A stretch of 64,000 bases of DNA from a virus. Under the pieces are notes generated by a model. That model did not search any database. It was not told where the DNA came from and saw nothing but the letters and a program-made list of their open reading frames with translations. The translations under genes and the position numbers were made by a program. Of this stretch, positions 1-8,696 are shown piece by piece. The first letter of the stretch is position 1. Every line of letters starts with the position of its first letter. Location of the stretch: the IMG/VR virus record IMGVR_UViG_3300028920_000038, positions 32,001 to 96,000 of that record; one strand, given 5' to 3'.

Positions 1-1
1 A

Positions 2-244
2 GATACAAAACATTATCAACCTATACCAAGAGGGCAAACTATTGTTGATATATTCCTAAAGGAAGATGTCAAATCTGCTGTTGAGTTCTATAAGAAATAT
101 AGAAACAATCCAGATGAATTATTTGAAGATTTCAACTTGATAGATAAAATGAAAGATTATGGAATACCAGAAGTATTAAGTCCAGAAGATATGGAAGATT
201 ACAATGATTGGCTCTTTGATTATTGCTTTGGAGATGTGATATAA
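2..244 (+). CDS. Hypothetical protein, 5'-truncated by the window edge
   Basis: Open frame 2 from the window start (DTKHYQPIP...WLFDYCFGDVI*); its TAA overlaps the next ATG (TAATG at 242-246). Confidence 0.6.
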   Translation, partial: DTKHYQPIPRGQTIVDIFLKEDVKSAVEFYKKYRNNPDELFEDFNLIDKMKDYGIPEVLSPEDMEDYNDWLFDYCFGDVI

Positions 245-459
245 TGGCACATTGTTATAGATGTGGAAGTTGGGTATTAGATGAAGGAGAGTTATGTAGT
301 TCTTGTAAGAAAGATGAGAATAAGAAGTCTTACAAATGTCCAGAGTGTGGATATAAATTAGACTATGAAGGACAAAGCTGTCCAAAGTGTGAAGAAAGAT
401 GGAATGAAAAAAGATATGGATACAGATGTGAAGCTGATGAAATGTATGATGAAACTTAA
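244..459 (+). CDS. Multi zinc-ribbon small protein
   Basis: Several CxxC pairs (CYRC, CSSC, CPEC, CPKC); start moved from 223 to the ATG at 244, which is coupled to the upstream stop. Confidence 0.65.
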   Translation: MAHCYRCGSWVLDEGELCSSCKKDENKKSYKCPECGYKLDYEGQSCPKCEERWNEKRYGYRCEADEMYDET

Positions 460-471
460 GGGAATTATGTA

Positions 472-873
472 ATGCAAACCTTTTTACCATATGCTGACTT
501 TATAAAATCAGCAAAGTGTTTAGACTATAGAAGACTAGGTAAGCAGAGAGTTGAGGCTAAACAAATTATAGAATGTTTAGAAGGCAAAAGTAATTTAGGT
601 TGGAGACATCATCCTGCTGTTAAAATGTGGAAAGGATATTTACCTGCTCTTAAATTTTATTACAATGTAATATTATCAGAATGGACATCTAGAGGTTATG
701 TAAATAATATGCCTCCAATGATTATGGATGATGAGGATATAAAGTTTCCACCTTGGTTTGGAAGAAAAGATTTTCACGATGCACATAAATCTAAACTTCT
801 ACAAAAAGATTATGAGTATTATAAAAAATTTAATTGGGTTGTACCTTTAGATTTAAAATACAAATGGAGTTAA
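472..873 (+). CDS. Pyrimidine-dimer DNA glycosylase / T4 endonuclease V-like (MSMEG_6728 family)
   Basis: N-terminal MQTFLPY, LDYRRLGKQRVEA, HPAVKMW and H..H.S.LLQKD motifs. Confidence 0.85.
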   Translation: MQTFLPYADFIKSAKCLDYRRLGKQRVEAKQIIECLEGKSNLGWRHHPAVKMWKGYLPALKFYYNVILSEWTSRGYVNNMPPMIMDDEDIKFPPWFGRKDFHDAHKSKLLQKDYEYYKKFNWVVPLDLKYKWS

Positions 874-874
874 T

Positions 875-1495
875 ATGAAAATATATTTCAGTGCTGACTA
901 TCATTTAGACCACGCTAATATTATTAGATATGCAAATAGACCATTTGTAAAATATGACGATTTGGATGCAGAGTTGGAATGGAAGTCAGATGATATAAAA
1001 TACCAAAGATGTAGAGAGATGAATCAAACTATTATAAAGAATCATAACTCGATTGTGAAGGAAGGGGATGTTCTATATCATATAGGAGATTTCAGTTTCA
1101 ACTATACAGGTAAGGCTCCTTATTGGGAACAGTTTCTTAATGGGCGAATAGTTCACATATTAGGAAACCACGATAAGAATAATGGAGTCAAGTCTTATAT
1201 TACACACGCCATTATGAAGTTTGGTGGATTGACATTCTATGTATCACATAAACCACCAGAACAAAGACAAGTCGACACACTAGAAAGTCATATAGTAGCA
1301 TCATGTGATTATATCTTATGTGGGCATATTCATGATTTGTGGAAAACCAAATGGATTGAAGTATGGAATATGGGAATTAAAGAAACAAGACTAGCTATAA
1401 ATGTTGGTCTAGATGTTTGGGATTACAAACCAATTTCAATACATTCAATACTTAAGTTAATAGGTAAAGAGAAATGGAGAAAACAAAATGAGTGA
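875..1495 (+). CDS. Calcineurin-like metallophosphoesterase
   Basis: ADYHLDH, GDF, GNHD, SH and GHIH metal-binding motifs. Confidence 0.85.
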   Translation: MKIYFSADYHLDHANIIRYANRPFVKYDDLDAELEWKSDDIKYQRCREMNQTIIKNHNSIVKEGDVLYHIGDFSFNYTGKAPYWEQFLNGRIVHILGNHDKNNGVKSYITHAIMKFGGLTFYVSHKPPEQRQVDTLESHIVASCDYILCGHIHDLWKTKWIEVWNMGIKETRLAINVGLDVWDYKPISIHSILKLIGKEKWRKQNE

Positions 1496-1694
1496 AAATA
1501 AATGTAAAATGTGTTTCGGATATGGATACTGGGCTTGGGGTAGAGTAGCTCCAATGGGGAGTATAGATGCAAAGGATGGATTTCCTACACTACCTTGTCC
1601 AGAATGTGGAGCTAATCCAAATCCTATACGTGGAGATCATGGAGAGATAATAAAGAATAGAGCAGAATTAGCTCTGAAATATAAAGACGATTAG
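1488..1694 (+). CDS. Small zinc-binding protein
   Basis: CKMC and CPEC pairs. Confidence 0.5.
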   Translation: MSENKCKMCFGYGYWAWGRVAPMGSIDAKDGFPTLPCPECGANPNPIRGDHGEIIKNRAELALKYKDD

Positions 1695-1807
1695 GACAAG
1701 AGATAAAAAATGATTTATAAATGTGAATGTGGATTTAAAACAGATTCTTTAATGTTGATGATAATACATCAAATTATAGGATATGATGAAACTTAATTTA
1801 AATAGAG

Positions 1808-2065
1808 GTGAATAATATGATATTAGGATATATACAAGTAGTTAAATGTAAAAATTGTGGAAGTGCTTATCCAAAGAAAGCAGATAAATATCACTATGAA
1901 ATATACATAAAGAAGAGAGGTAATGAGCATCGGTGTGAAACTTGTGGAGCTATAACACATCCTGATGAAAAGGAATTTAATTACTGGTTTTGTAGTCGAG
2001 AATGTCTAATGGAATTTCTAGAGAAACATAAAGATGAAAAATTTAAATATGACTGGGAGAAATAG
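1808..2065 (+). CDS. TRASH/MYM-like zinc-binding protein
   Basis: CKNC, CETC and YWFCSRECL; RBS GAGGTGA. Confidence 0.5.
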   Translation: MNNMILGYIQVVKCKNCGSAYPKKADKYHYEIYIKKRGNEHRCETCGAITHPDEKEFNYWFCSRECLMEFLEKHKDEKFKYDWEK

Positions 2066-2171
2066 AAATGAATTATAAAGAGCTGATATTAAGAGCAATA
2101 GCTATAATAGGATTAGCACTCTTATTTTATACTATATTCTATTATACAACAGTGTCAATATAGGTAATAAT

Positions 2172-2459
2172 ATGGATAGACATATTGTAAATAATATATG
2201 CAGGATCTTAAGAAAACAATTCGATTCTTTAAATATTCTTAATAAAGGATACTACATAAAAGGATTCAATAAATACGGTTTGTCATTTGTAATTCATGGT
2301 TATGGATTAAAGTCAGAACCATTTGAAGTGAAGATAATTAAATATGCTCATCATAATTCTGATTACTTTGAATATAATAAACAGTTCTATGATTACAAAG
2401 AGTTTGAGGATTATATTAAAAATCAACTTAAAACAGATTTAATAATGTTAGACCTATAG
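2172..2459 (+). CDS. Hypothetical protein with shared C-terminal tag (TDLIMLDL)
   Basis: ORF track; C-terminus resembles that of neighbouring ORFs. Confidence 0.6.
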   Translation: MDRHIVNNICRILRKQFDSLNILNKGYYIKGFNKYGLSFVIHGYGLKSEPFEVKIIKYAHHNSDYFEYNKQFYDYKEFEDYIKNQLKTDLIMLDL

Positions 2460-2467
2460 GAAATGTT

Positions 2468-2734
2468 ATGAAAAAATATCTAGAGAAATATAAGAAATTT
2501 ATAGGAAAAACTTGTATATATTATCCAAAGTATTTTGATGGTCCATTTATAATTAAATTTACAAGATTAGATAAAGTTGAGGATGAGTGTTATATTCACT
2601 TTATAATTATGAAAGGAGATTATATGTATGTTAATAAAAATGATAAATATAATTGGAGAGTAGATAGATTAGAAGATGGCTCCAAGAAATTTAGAGTTTT
2701 AAAGAAAGATGAAATTATGATGGAAATGTTATGA
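2468..2734 (+). CDS. Small beta-barrel-like protein with C-terminal tag (KKDEIMMEML)
   Basis: ORF track; ATGA-coupled to the next gene. Confidence 0.6.
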   Translation: MKKYLEKYKKFIGKTCIYYPKYFDGPFIIKFTRLDKVEDECYIHFIIMKGDYMYVNKNDKYNWRVDRLEDGSKKFRVLKKDEIMMEML

Positions 2735-2997
2735 GTAAAAAAGAAGTTAATTTAAAAAAGAGACAATATAAATATAAGATTGGCTCTATTATAAGATTTG
2801 GACCCGATTTAAGTTGGTATGATAGAATTAGAAATAAGATAGAAATAGGAGATTTAGGTATTGTCATAAGTGTAGATAATTATGGTCCTGTAAAAAATTG
2901 TAAAGTTAAGCATTTAAAATCAGGAAGTTTAGGATGGTTTAATAAAAACAATATGAGATTAGTATCAAAAGAAGAGGCTATTATGGAGTCATTATAA
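2731..2997 (+). CDS. KOW/SH3-like small protein with C-terminal tag (SKEEAIMESL)
   Basis: YKIGSIIRF...GDLGIVISV pattern. Confidence 0.6.
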   Translation: MSKKEVNLKKRQYKYKIGSIIRFGPDLSWYDRIRNKIEIGDLGIVISVDNYGPVKNCKVKHLKSGSLGWFNKNNMRLVSKEEAIMESL

Positions 2998-3191
2998 TGA
3001 GTGTGTTAGCAAAGTTAATTAGTATAGGATGTTTCTTGTCACCCTTTCTTATTGGATATGGAATTTATTTAATGTTAAATCCAGTGGGTTTTTGGCAAAT
3101 GACTTTATGGTTTATAATATGTTTAGTAGTATGTGTACCAGAAGGATTAATTTCTTGGACTATAGCAGTAGCATTATGGGATGAGATATAA
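2997..3191 (+). CDS. Small two-TM membrane protein
   Basis: Two hydrophobic stretches; TAATG coupling at both ends. Confidence 0.55.
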   Translation: MSVLAKLISIGCFLSPFLIGYGIYLMLNPVGFWQMTLWFIICLVVCVPEGLISWTIAVALWDEI

Positions 3192-4327
3192 TGGAATGTC
3201 CATTTGATTTAGAAAATAAAAACCAAGTAATTGAATTTGAAGAAGTTGATCCATATAATCCAGAGAATATACTAAAAGGATATGTCAATAGAAGACAAGG
3301 TCAATTGTATGGATCATTATGGATTACTCATGTTAATGGAATAGAATGTCCTCAATTAATTTACTCTGCTCCAAAACAACATTATCCATTTGATAAATCT
3401 TTTAAAGATGAAAAAGTTTACAAGTTTCCTGAATATGATTGGATAGAAATATATGAGAAGTTGGATGGAACTTGTATCATATCTTATGTATATAAAGATT
3501 CTAATGGAACTCCATTTCTTACTTTCAAAACAAGATTAAGACCATTCCTTGGTACAAGCCAATATGGTAACTTCTTTCAATTGTGGAATGAAATGATAGA
3601 TAAGTATGATACTATTATGAGTACTTGTTTCAATGAGATGTATAATTTTGTATTTGAATTGTATGGAAAGAGAAATAAAATCCTGATTGATTATGATATT
3701 CCACTTGATACTAAACTAATATTTATGATTGATACTAAACACGGTACTATAATACCGTCAAGTTGGTTTGGTGATGATGAAGGATTTCCAGTATTAATTG
3801 GATGGGAAGAGGATTTAACTAATGAAGAAAAGGATTATTTAGAATGGCAAAGTCGATTAGAAAATTCACTAGAGATAGATGAAGAAAATAAAATAATGAA
3901 AGGCAAAGAAGGATTAGTATGGTATTTTATTAAGAATGGAGGAGCAGTTCAAATAAAATGTAAACCTCCTTCTGTGCTAAAGTATCACTGGTCAGGTGAT
4001 GCTATTCCTTATGAATCTATTTATACTACAGTATACAACGCATTCGAGAATTTTGATAAGCCAACTTATGAGGATATAGTTGAGTTATTAAAAGAAGAAT
4101 TTGAAGAAGGAAAGATAGATAAATCAAGAGTAAGAATAGAAAAAACTTTAGGAAGATTATTGTTTGATAAAAAGTATCAACATAGATTAGCTAAAGATTA
4201 TAAAGAACAGGGGTTTGATATTAATAAAGATAAAGCAGAATGTATGAGATGGTTTGGAAAGAACTATCCTAAATCAGAAGCTAAAAGAATATATCGACTT
4301 CTTAAACAATACGAGGAAGCAGGATGA
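3191..4327 (+). CDS. ATP-dependent RNA ligase-like nucleotidyltransferase
   Basis: Motif I YEKLDGT, motif III FELYG, motif IV EGLVW, motif V IKCK. Confidence 0.7.
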   Translation: MECPFDLENKNQVIEFEEVDPYNPENILKGYVNRRQGQLYGSLWITHVNGIECPQLIYSAPKQHYPFDKSFKDEKVYKFPEYDWIEIYEKLDGTCIISYVYKDSNGTPFLTFKTRLRPFLGTSQYGNFFQLWNEMIDKYDTIMSTCFNEMYNFVFELYGKRNKILIDYDIPLDTKLIFMIDTKHGTIIPSSWFGDDEGFPVLIGWEEDLTNEEKDYLEWQSRLENSLEIDEENKIMKGKEGLVWYFIKNGGAVQIKCKPPSVLKYHWSGDAIPYESIYTTVYNAFENFDKPTYEDIVELLKEEFEEGKIDKSRVRIEKTLGRLLFDKKYQHRLAKDYKEQGFDINKDKAECMRWFGKNYPKSEAKRIYRLLKQYEEAG

Positions 4328-4617
4328 AGAAAATAAGAACTGTAGTTCAAAAGAAAGTAGAATTAAATATATTAACATGTAGATCAGATTTCAAGAAAGG
4401 TATGTATGTTAAGTTTGTAAATGATGAGTACCCTGAATATGGCCAAGTAATTCTAATTGGGGATTCGGAATTTGTTGTAAAATGGGTTTTGAGACCAGGA
4501 GATTCATATAATTATTATAGAGAATTTACCGCGTATGAATTCAAAGAATTAGGAGAAGATGGTGGATATATAGTAATTAAAGCCAATAGAGATGATATTA
4601 TAATGGAGAAACTATGA
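4324..4617 (+). CDS. SH3-like small protein with C-terminal tag (NRDDIIMEKL)
   Basis: FKKGMYVKF...YGQVI pattern. Confidence 0.6.
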   Translation: MKKIRTVVQKKVELNILTCRSDFKKGMYVKFVNDEYPEYGQVILIGDSEFVVKWVLRPGDSYNYYREFTAYEFKELGEDGGYIVIKANRDDIIMEKL

Positions 4618-4901
4618 ACGAAGAAGAGAAGACGATTGTAGATCTCATTAAAAAGAAAGGAATAAAATACATTAAATTTTTAAGAGATTGTGCTTCAATG
4701 GCAGCAGAATTTAATAAAGGTGAAGTGGTTGAAATTGTAGAGATATTTAGTCATGAACCTTTACATGGAGATGATCCTTCAGAAGTTAGATTAAAAATTA
4801 AATCTATAGACGGAACTAGGGATGGAAATTTAAAAATAACTAGATTCAAAGATTATTATGATTTTCCGACTAAAGACGAAATAAGGTTAGAGATTTTATG
4901 A
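4614..4901 (+). CDS. SH3-like small protein with C-terminal tag (TKDEIRLEIL)
   Basis: FNKGEVVEIV pattern. Confidence 0.6.
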   Translation: MNEEEKTIVDLIKKKGIKYIKFLRDCASMAAEFNKGEVVEIVEIFSHEPLHGDDPSEVRLKIKSIDGTRDGNLKITRFKDYYDFPTKDEIRLEIL

Positions 4902-5110
4902 AATTTAAAATTGGAGATTACGTTAGAATATCAAATGAATTAGGAGGAGTTATAACTTCAACTCATAGAGATAGAGTGGGTAAGATTATATTCTTATCCG
5001 AATCTCCAGTTCCATATTATAAGGTAAGATTTTATGATGAAGATTGGGTATTTTTTGAAGGGGAACTTTTAAAGTCAAATAAAGATGAATATTTAATGGA
5101 GGTGTTATAA
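4898..5110 (+). CDS. KOW/SH3-like small protein with C-terminal tag (NKDEYLMEVL)
   Basis: MKFKIGDYVRI...GKII...YKVRF pattern. Confidence 0.6.
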   Translation: MKFKIGDYVRISNELGGVITSTHRDRVGKIIFLSESPVPYYKVRFYDEDWVFFEGELLKSNKDEYLMEVL

Positions 5111-5721
5111 TGGAAATATATATCAGTCCAGGCAATAGACGAATGGACATACCGACATTCAGCTTACCAGCAGTTAAGACATGTCCAGGATCCACAGAAT
5201 TATGTAAGAAGAATTGCTATGCACTTAAAGCTGAAAAGGTTTGGAAAGGTCCTAAACAATCAAGGAATAGAAACTACGATATAAGTATGACAAAAGAATT
5301 TGTGGATAAGATGATTCATAAAATATCAAAAAGTAACAAAGAATATTTTAGAGTACACGAATCAGGAGATTTTTATTCACAGGAGTATTTAGATAAATGG
5401 ATAAAGATATTTGAAGAATTTAATATAGAGGATAAGAAAAAGAAGTTCTTAATATATACACAGAAATATGATTTAGATTATTCTAAACTTCCAAGTAATG
5501 TAATTCTCTATTGGACAATATGGCCTGATACAGATATAGATAAAGTACCAGAAGGTTTGAGAGCTTATGTTATTGATGACGGAACTGGTAAGATTCCAGA
5601 GAATACTTATATAATTAATGAGCCAAAGATCTGTAAGAAGGGTAAAGGTTCTAAATTAAAATGTGATGACTGTATGTATTGTTATGAAGGCAGAGGTGAT
5701 GTAGTATTTATCCTTCATTAA
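5110..5721 (+). CDS. Phage gp88-like (radical-SAM-related) protein
   Basis: FSLPAVKTCPGSTELCKKNCYA (Cx6Cx3C), FRVHESGDFYS and a C-terminal C...CxxCxxC cluster. Confidence 0.7.
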   Translation: MEIYISPGNRRMDIPTFSLPAVKTCPGSTELCKKNCYALKAEKVWKGPKQSRNRNYDISMTKEFVDKMIHKISKSNKEYFRVHESGDFYSQEYLDKWIKIFEEFNIEDKKKKFLIYTQKYDLDYSKLPSNVILYWTIWPDTDIDKVPEGLRAYVIDDGTGKIPENTYIINEPKICKKGKGSKLKCDDCMYCYEGRGDVVFILH

Positions 5722-5954
5722 GATTTAGAATATTTAAATTAAAAGATGTCAGAATTAAAAAGATAACAAAATCTGGAGATGTATTTTATAGATTATATCT
5801 CAAAAGAAGATTTATACCTATCTGGTTATATGATAGTTCAGAAGTTAGATTAGAACATATTATTTCTAGTTACAAACGAAAGATGAAAGAGATACAGCAT
5901 CCTACGAAATCGGAATGGATTCCAAGAGAAGAGCTTTTGATTGATGAACTATAG
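5706..5954 (+). CDS. Hypothetical protein missed by the ORF track (probable ATT start), C-terminal tag PREELLIDEL
   Basis: Stop-free 83-codon frame; RBS GAGGTGA at 5693-5699 lies 6 nt before ATT; C-terminus matches the tag family. Confidence 0.55.
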   Translation: MYPSLRFRIFKLKDVRIKKITKSGDVFYRLYLKRRFIPIWLYDSSEVRLEHIISSYKRKMKEIQHPTKSEWIPREELLIDEL

Positions 5955-5992
5955 AAAGATTTATATACTACATATACCACAAACTATATAAA
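5954..5992 (+). promoter_or_regulatory. Archaeal-type BRE-TATA promoter
   Basis: GAAAGA-TTTATATA at 5954-5967, a second TATA-like CTATATAAA at 5984-5992, and RBS AGGAGA before ATG 6032. Confidence 0.6.
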
Positions 5993-6031
5993 TGTTTCGT
6001 ACCTAATAGAGTATAATGACAGGAGAGAAAC

Positions 6032-6541
6032 ATGAAAACTAAGTATTATCATTCTAAAACAATTAGAACCGATGGATATAAATCTCAACCAGAGTATGAT
6101 GAATTGATATCTGATTTAGATATATCAAGTCTACGGTTCTTGAAGCAGAAAAAACAGAAAGACATTAATGAATTTAGAAGTACACATGATTTGAATAATC
6201 CAGAATATGCTGAAAAATATAAAGTAATGCAACAGCAATTTGTAATGATAACTCAAGAAATAAAACACCGTCAAGTGTTTAATGAATCATCTAAAGAAGA
6301 AGAATGGTACGATCCAGAGACAGGCTTTATCATAGATGAACATGGGAATTATAAAGGAGCTGTATATTATGATGAGAATGAAGAATCTATGGTATATAGT
6401 AATTCAGAAGATAATGTAGAATCAGTTAGTTTTGAAGAAGAAGATGAAGATGAGTTTGATTATCAATATGCAGATAAGGATTTAAAAGATTCTAAAATGT
6501 CCTGGGAAGATTGGTGTAAAGAAAAAGGATTACAAAAATAA
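6032..6541 (+). CDS. Acidic hypothetical protein
   Basis: ORF with RBS; very acidic C-terminal half. Confidence 0.6.
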   Translation: MKTKYYHSKTIRTDGYKSQPEYDELISDLDISSLRFLKQKKQKDINEFRSTHDLNNPEYAEKYKVMQQQFVMITQEIKHRQVFNESSKEEEWYDPETGFIIDEHGNYKGAVYYDENEESMVYSNSEDNVESVSFEEEDEDEFDYQYADKDLKDSKMSWEDWCKEKGLQK

Positions 6542-7116
6542 TGAGAAAAACTACAGATGATGGAAGAATAATAATAACTAAAAGAGGAAAAGAAATATCC
6601 AAATCTTCTTATAGTAATTGGGATTTGTGGAAACTTTCTAAAGATTTAAATAAAGATGAATTGAGTATGTTAATTACTTTAAGAAAAAATTACCTAAAAC
6701 ATACAGAAGATCCAGAAATGATAAGAGGTTATAGAAGGGATATTCTTATATTAGAAGATGCATATAAAATAAAGAGCAGGGAAGAAATAGGAATATACAG
6801 TAAATCAGATTATTCAGAATCCTATTGGCATGAAGATTTAGATGAGTTATCTTCTCTAGCTGTTTGTATGATTAATAAATTAGGTTACACACAAAATACT
6901 TTATATAAAGAGAATGCTTTAAATATTAGCAGGCGAATAGAATTAGAGGGAGATAAAGAATTAATAGCAGCCTGTATAGTAAAGAATATATTAGATTATT
7001 ACGAATCAAAATTTGATATAAATTACATATTAAAATTGTATAGTATCAACGAACCAGATTTTTATAAGACCTATATTGAGTGTAATCGTTGGTGTTCAAA
7101 GCACTACTGGAGTTAG
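6541..7116 (+). CDS. Hypothetical protein; C-terminal half resembles one TFB/TFIIB cyclin repeat
   Basis: MINKLGY..ALNISRR..LIAACIV..FDINYILKLYSINEPDFYKTY pattern, aligned by eye only. Confidence 0.4.
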   Translation: MRKTTDDGRIIITKRGKEISKSSYSNWDLWKLSKDLNKDELSMLITLRKNYLKHTEDPEMIRGYRRDILILEDAYKIKSREEIGIYSKSDYSESYWHEDLDELSSLAVCMINKLGYTQNTLYKENALNISRRIELEGDKELIAACIVKNILDYYESKFDINYILKLYSINEPDFYKTYIECNRWCSKHYWS

Positions 7117-7225
7117 ATTTTTTTAGTACATAAAAAATTATTGTAGAGTGTGCTATGCAAATTGATTAGATTTAATACGTAAAATATGTAAAAAAAAAAA
7201 GAAAACAAAAAAAGGAGAAAAAATA

Positions 7226-7915
7226 ATGGCTGAAATAATAAGCGAAGATATGTTTGGTGACATCCTAAAGAGTGGACCATCGCAATTCATTTACCCTCCT
7301 AAAGAGGGAGAGCCAGAGATTGTAGTAGTATTTCAATCGAGTATATCAATTACGAATCCTGGCGATGAAGATGTGTTGGGTAAGATTTGGGATCCACCAA
7401 CAGAAGATGCAAACGGAAATCCAATTATAGATAAGTTCGGACCGAATAAAGGGAACCCTATGCAACCTTGGGCTAAAGTAGAAGCACAGGTTACTAAAGG
7501 AGGCTCTCCTAGTGTACTTACTTTTGGAAGAAAGAACGGAGCATTCCTTAGAGAATTTGGTATAAAGATGAATGAAGAAGATATTACCAACCAAGATCTT
7601 AAAGGAACCAAATGGTCTATACAAAGGACTGGAAGGTATAATTGGTCAATCGAATATCTAGGAAGGGAGGAGTCTGACTCCTCTACTCCTAAAGAAGAGA
7701 AGAAAGAAAATAAGGATTTAGAAAGTATAAAATCAAGTTTAGTTAGTTTAAAATCTGGAAATCCAGATGTAGCTAAAGGTGTAGATAAAAACCAACTTAT
7801 GCAAAATTTGGTATTCATAACTGGATTAAAACCTGATGCAATTAAAAGTAATTGGGATAAACTAATTAAAGAGAAAATTATAGAAGAAAAAGACAACACA
7901 GTTAAGGTGCTATAA
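7226..7915 (+). CDS. Putative ssDNA-binding protein (OB-like core, linker, C-terminal winged helix)
   Basis: Context (precedes exonuclease and RadA), strong RBS AAGGAG, and a wH-like C-terminus GVDKNQL...WDKLIKEKIIEEKDNTVKVL. Confidence 0.4.
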   Translation: MAEIISEDMFGDILKSGPSQFIYPPKEGEPEIVVVFQSSISITNPGDEDVLGKIWDPPTEDANGNPIIDKFGPNKGNPMQPWAKVEAQVTKGGSPSVLTFGRKNGAFLREFGIKMNEEDITNQDLKGTKWSIQRTGRYNWSIEYLGREESDSSTPKEEKKENKDLESIKSSLVSLKSGNPDVAKGVDKNQLMQNLVFITGLKPDAIKSNWDKLIKEKIIEEKDNTVKVL

Positions 7916-8145
7916 TGGCAAATGTAAAATCACCTTGGGATACTAAATTCCTAAGAGAGACTCCTTTCATAGCATTCGGATCTATGATGAATGCATATGG
8001 TAGAATGAATGAAGGTAAAGAAATCACTCCAGAGGAATTTGAGAAGATAGCCAATAAATTATTCCAAATCGCTAAAGGATATGCAATAGCTGCATTCGGT
8101 GCTGCATCTACAGATGATGAAGTAGACCTACCTGTGAAACAATGA
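7915..8145 (+). CDS. Hypothetical protein
   Basis: ORF track; translationally coupled at both ends. Confidence 0.55.
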   Translation: MANVKSPWDTKFLRETPFIAFGSMMNAYGRMNEGKEITPEEFEKIANKLFQIAKGYAIAAFGAASTDDEVDLPVKQ

Positions 8146-8696
8146 AATTAGAGAAAATATTATCTGAACATATAAATAAAAGTAAACCAAAATATACAAG
8201 AGAATTAGGAAGATATTGGGCTACTGATATCAATTCAATAAAGAAAGGATACCTTACTCCAGATAACTTCTTTGTTAGTAAAGATATTAATATAGACGGA
8301 GTTAGGATGATACTAACTGGTATGGCCTATGAAGATATGCTCACCAAGATATTTAAAGAAGGTGGAGTTGATTGTAGTCCTCAAGAGAAAAAGGTCATGA
8401 AAATTACAGAGGAAATAGATCTGGTTGTTAAACCTGATTATGTGTTTCCAGACTTTGTTGTTGAAACTAAATATCCATTCTCTGTGATGAAACCTAATAG
8501 TATACCAGATAGATATAAATATCAATTAGAGTGTGAGTATAGGGCATTTGAAAGACCAGTTTATTTGGGAACATTCTCTGCTCCTTTTAATGTTACATTT
8601 ACTTTGTATCATCCTTCAAAGAATATCTGGAAGAATATACAAAAGACCTTGGTAGATTTTCATGAACAGCTTAAGAAGAAGCAAAATGAAATATGA
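8142..8696 (+). CDS. PD-(D/E)xK nuclease (Cas4/lambda-exonuclease-like)
   Basis: G..YE, KPDYV, VVETKYP and YQLxxxY motifs. Confidence 0.75.
   Translation: MKLEKILSEHINKSKPKYTRELGRYWATDINSIKKGYLTPDNFFVSKDINIDGVRMILTGMAYEDMLTKIFKEGGVDCSPQEKKVMKITEEIDLVVKPDYVFPDFVVETKYPFSVMKPNSIPDRYKYQLECEYRAFERPVYLGTFSAPFNVTFTLYHPSKNIWKNIQKTLVDFHEQLKKKQNEI

Noticed and set aside
8142-8696. CRISPR-associated Cas4
   Set aside because: It lacks the four-Cys Fe-S pattern and any cas context; better read as a recombination exonuclease.
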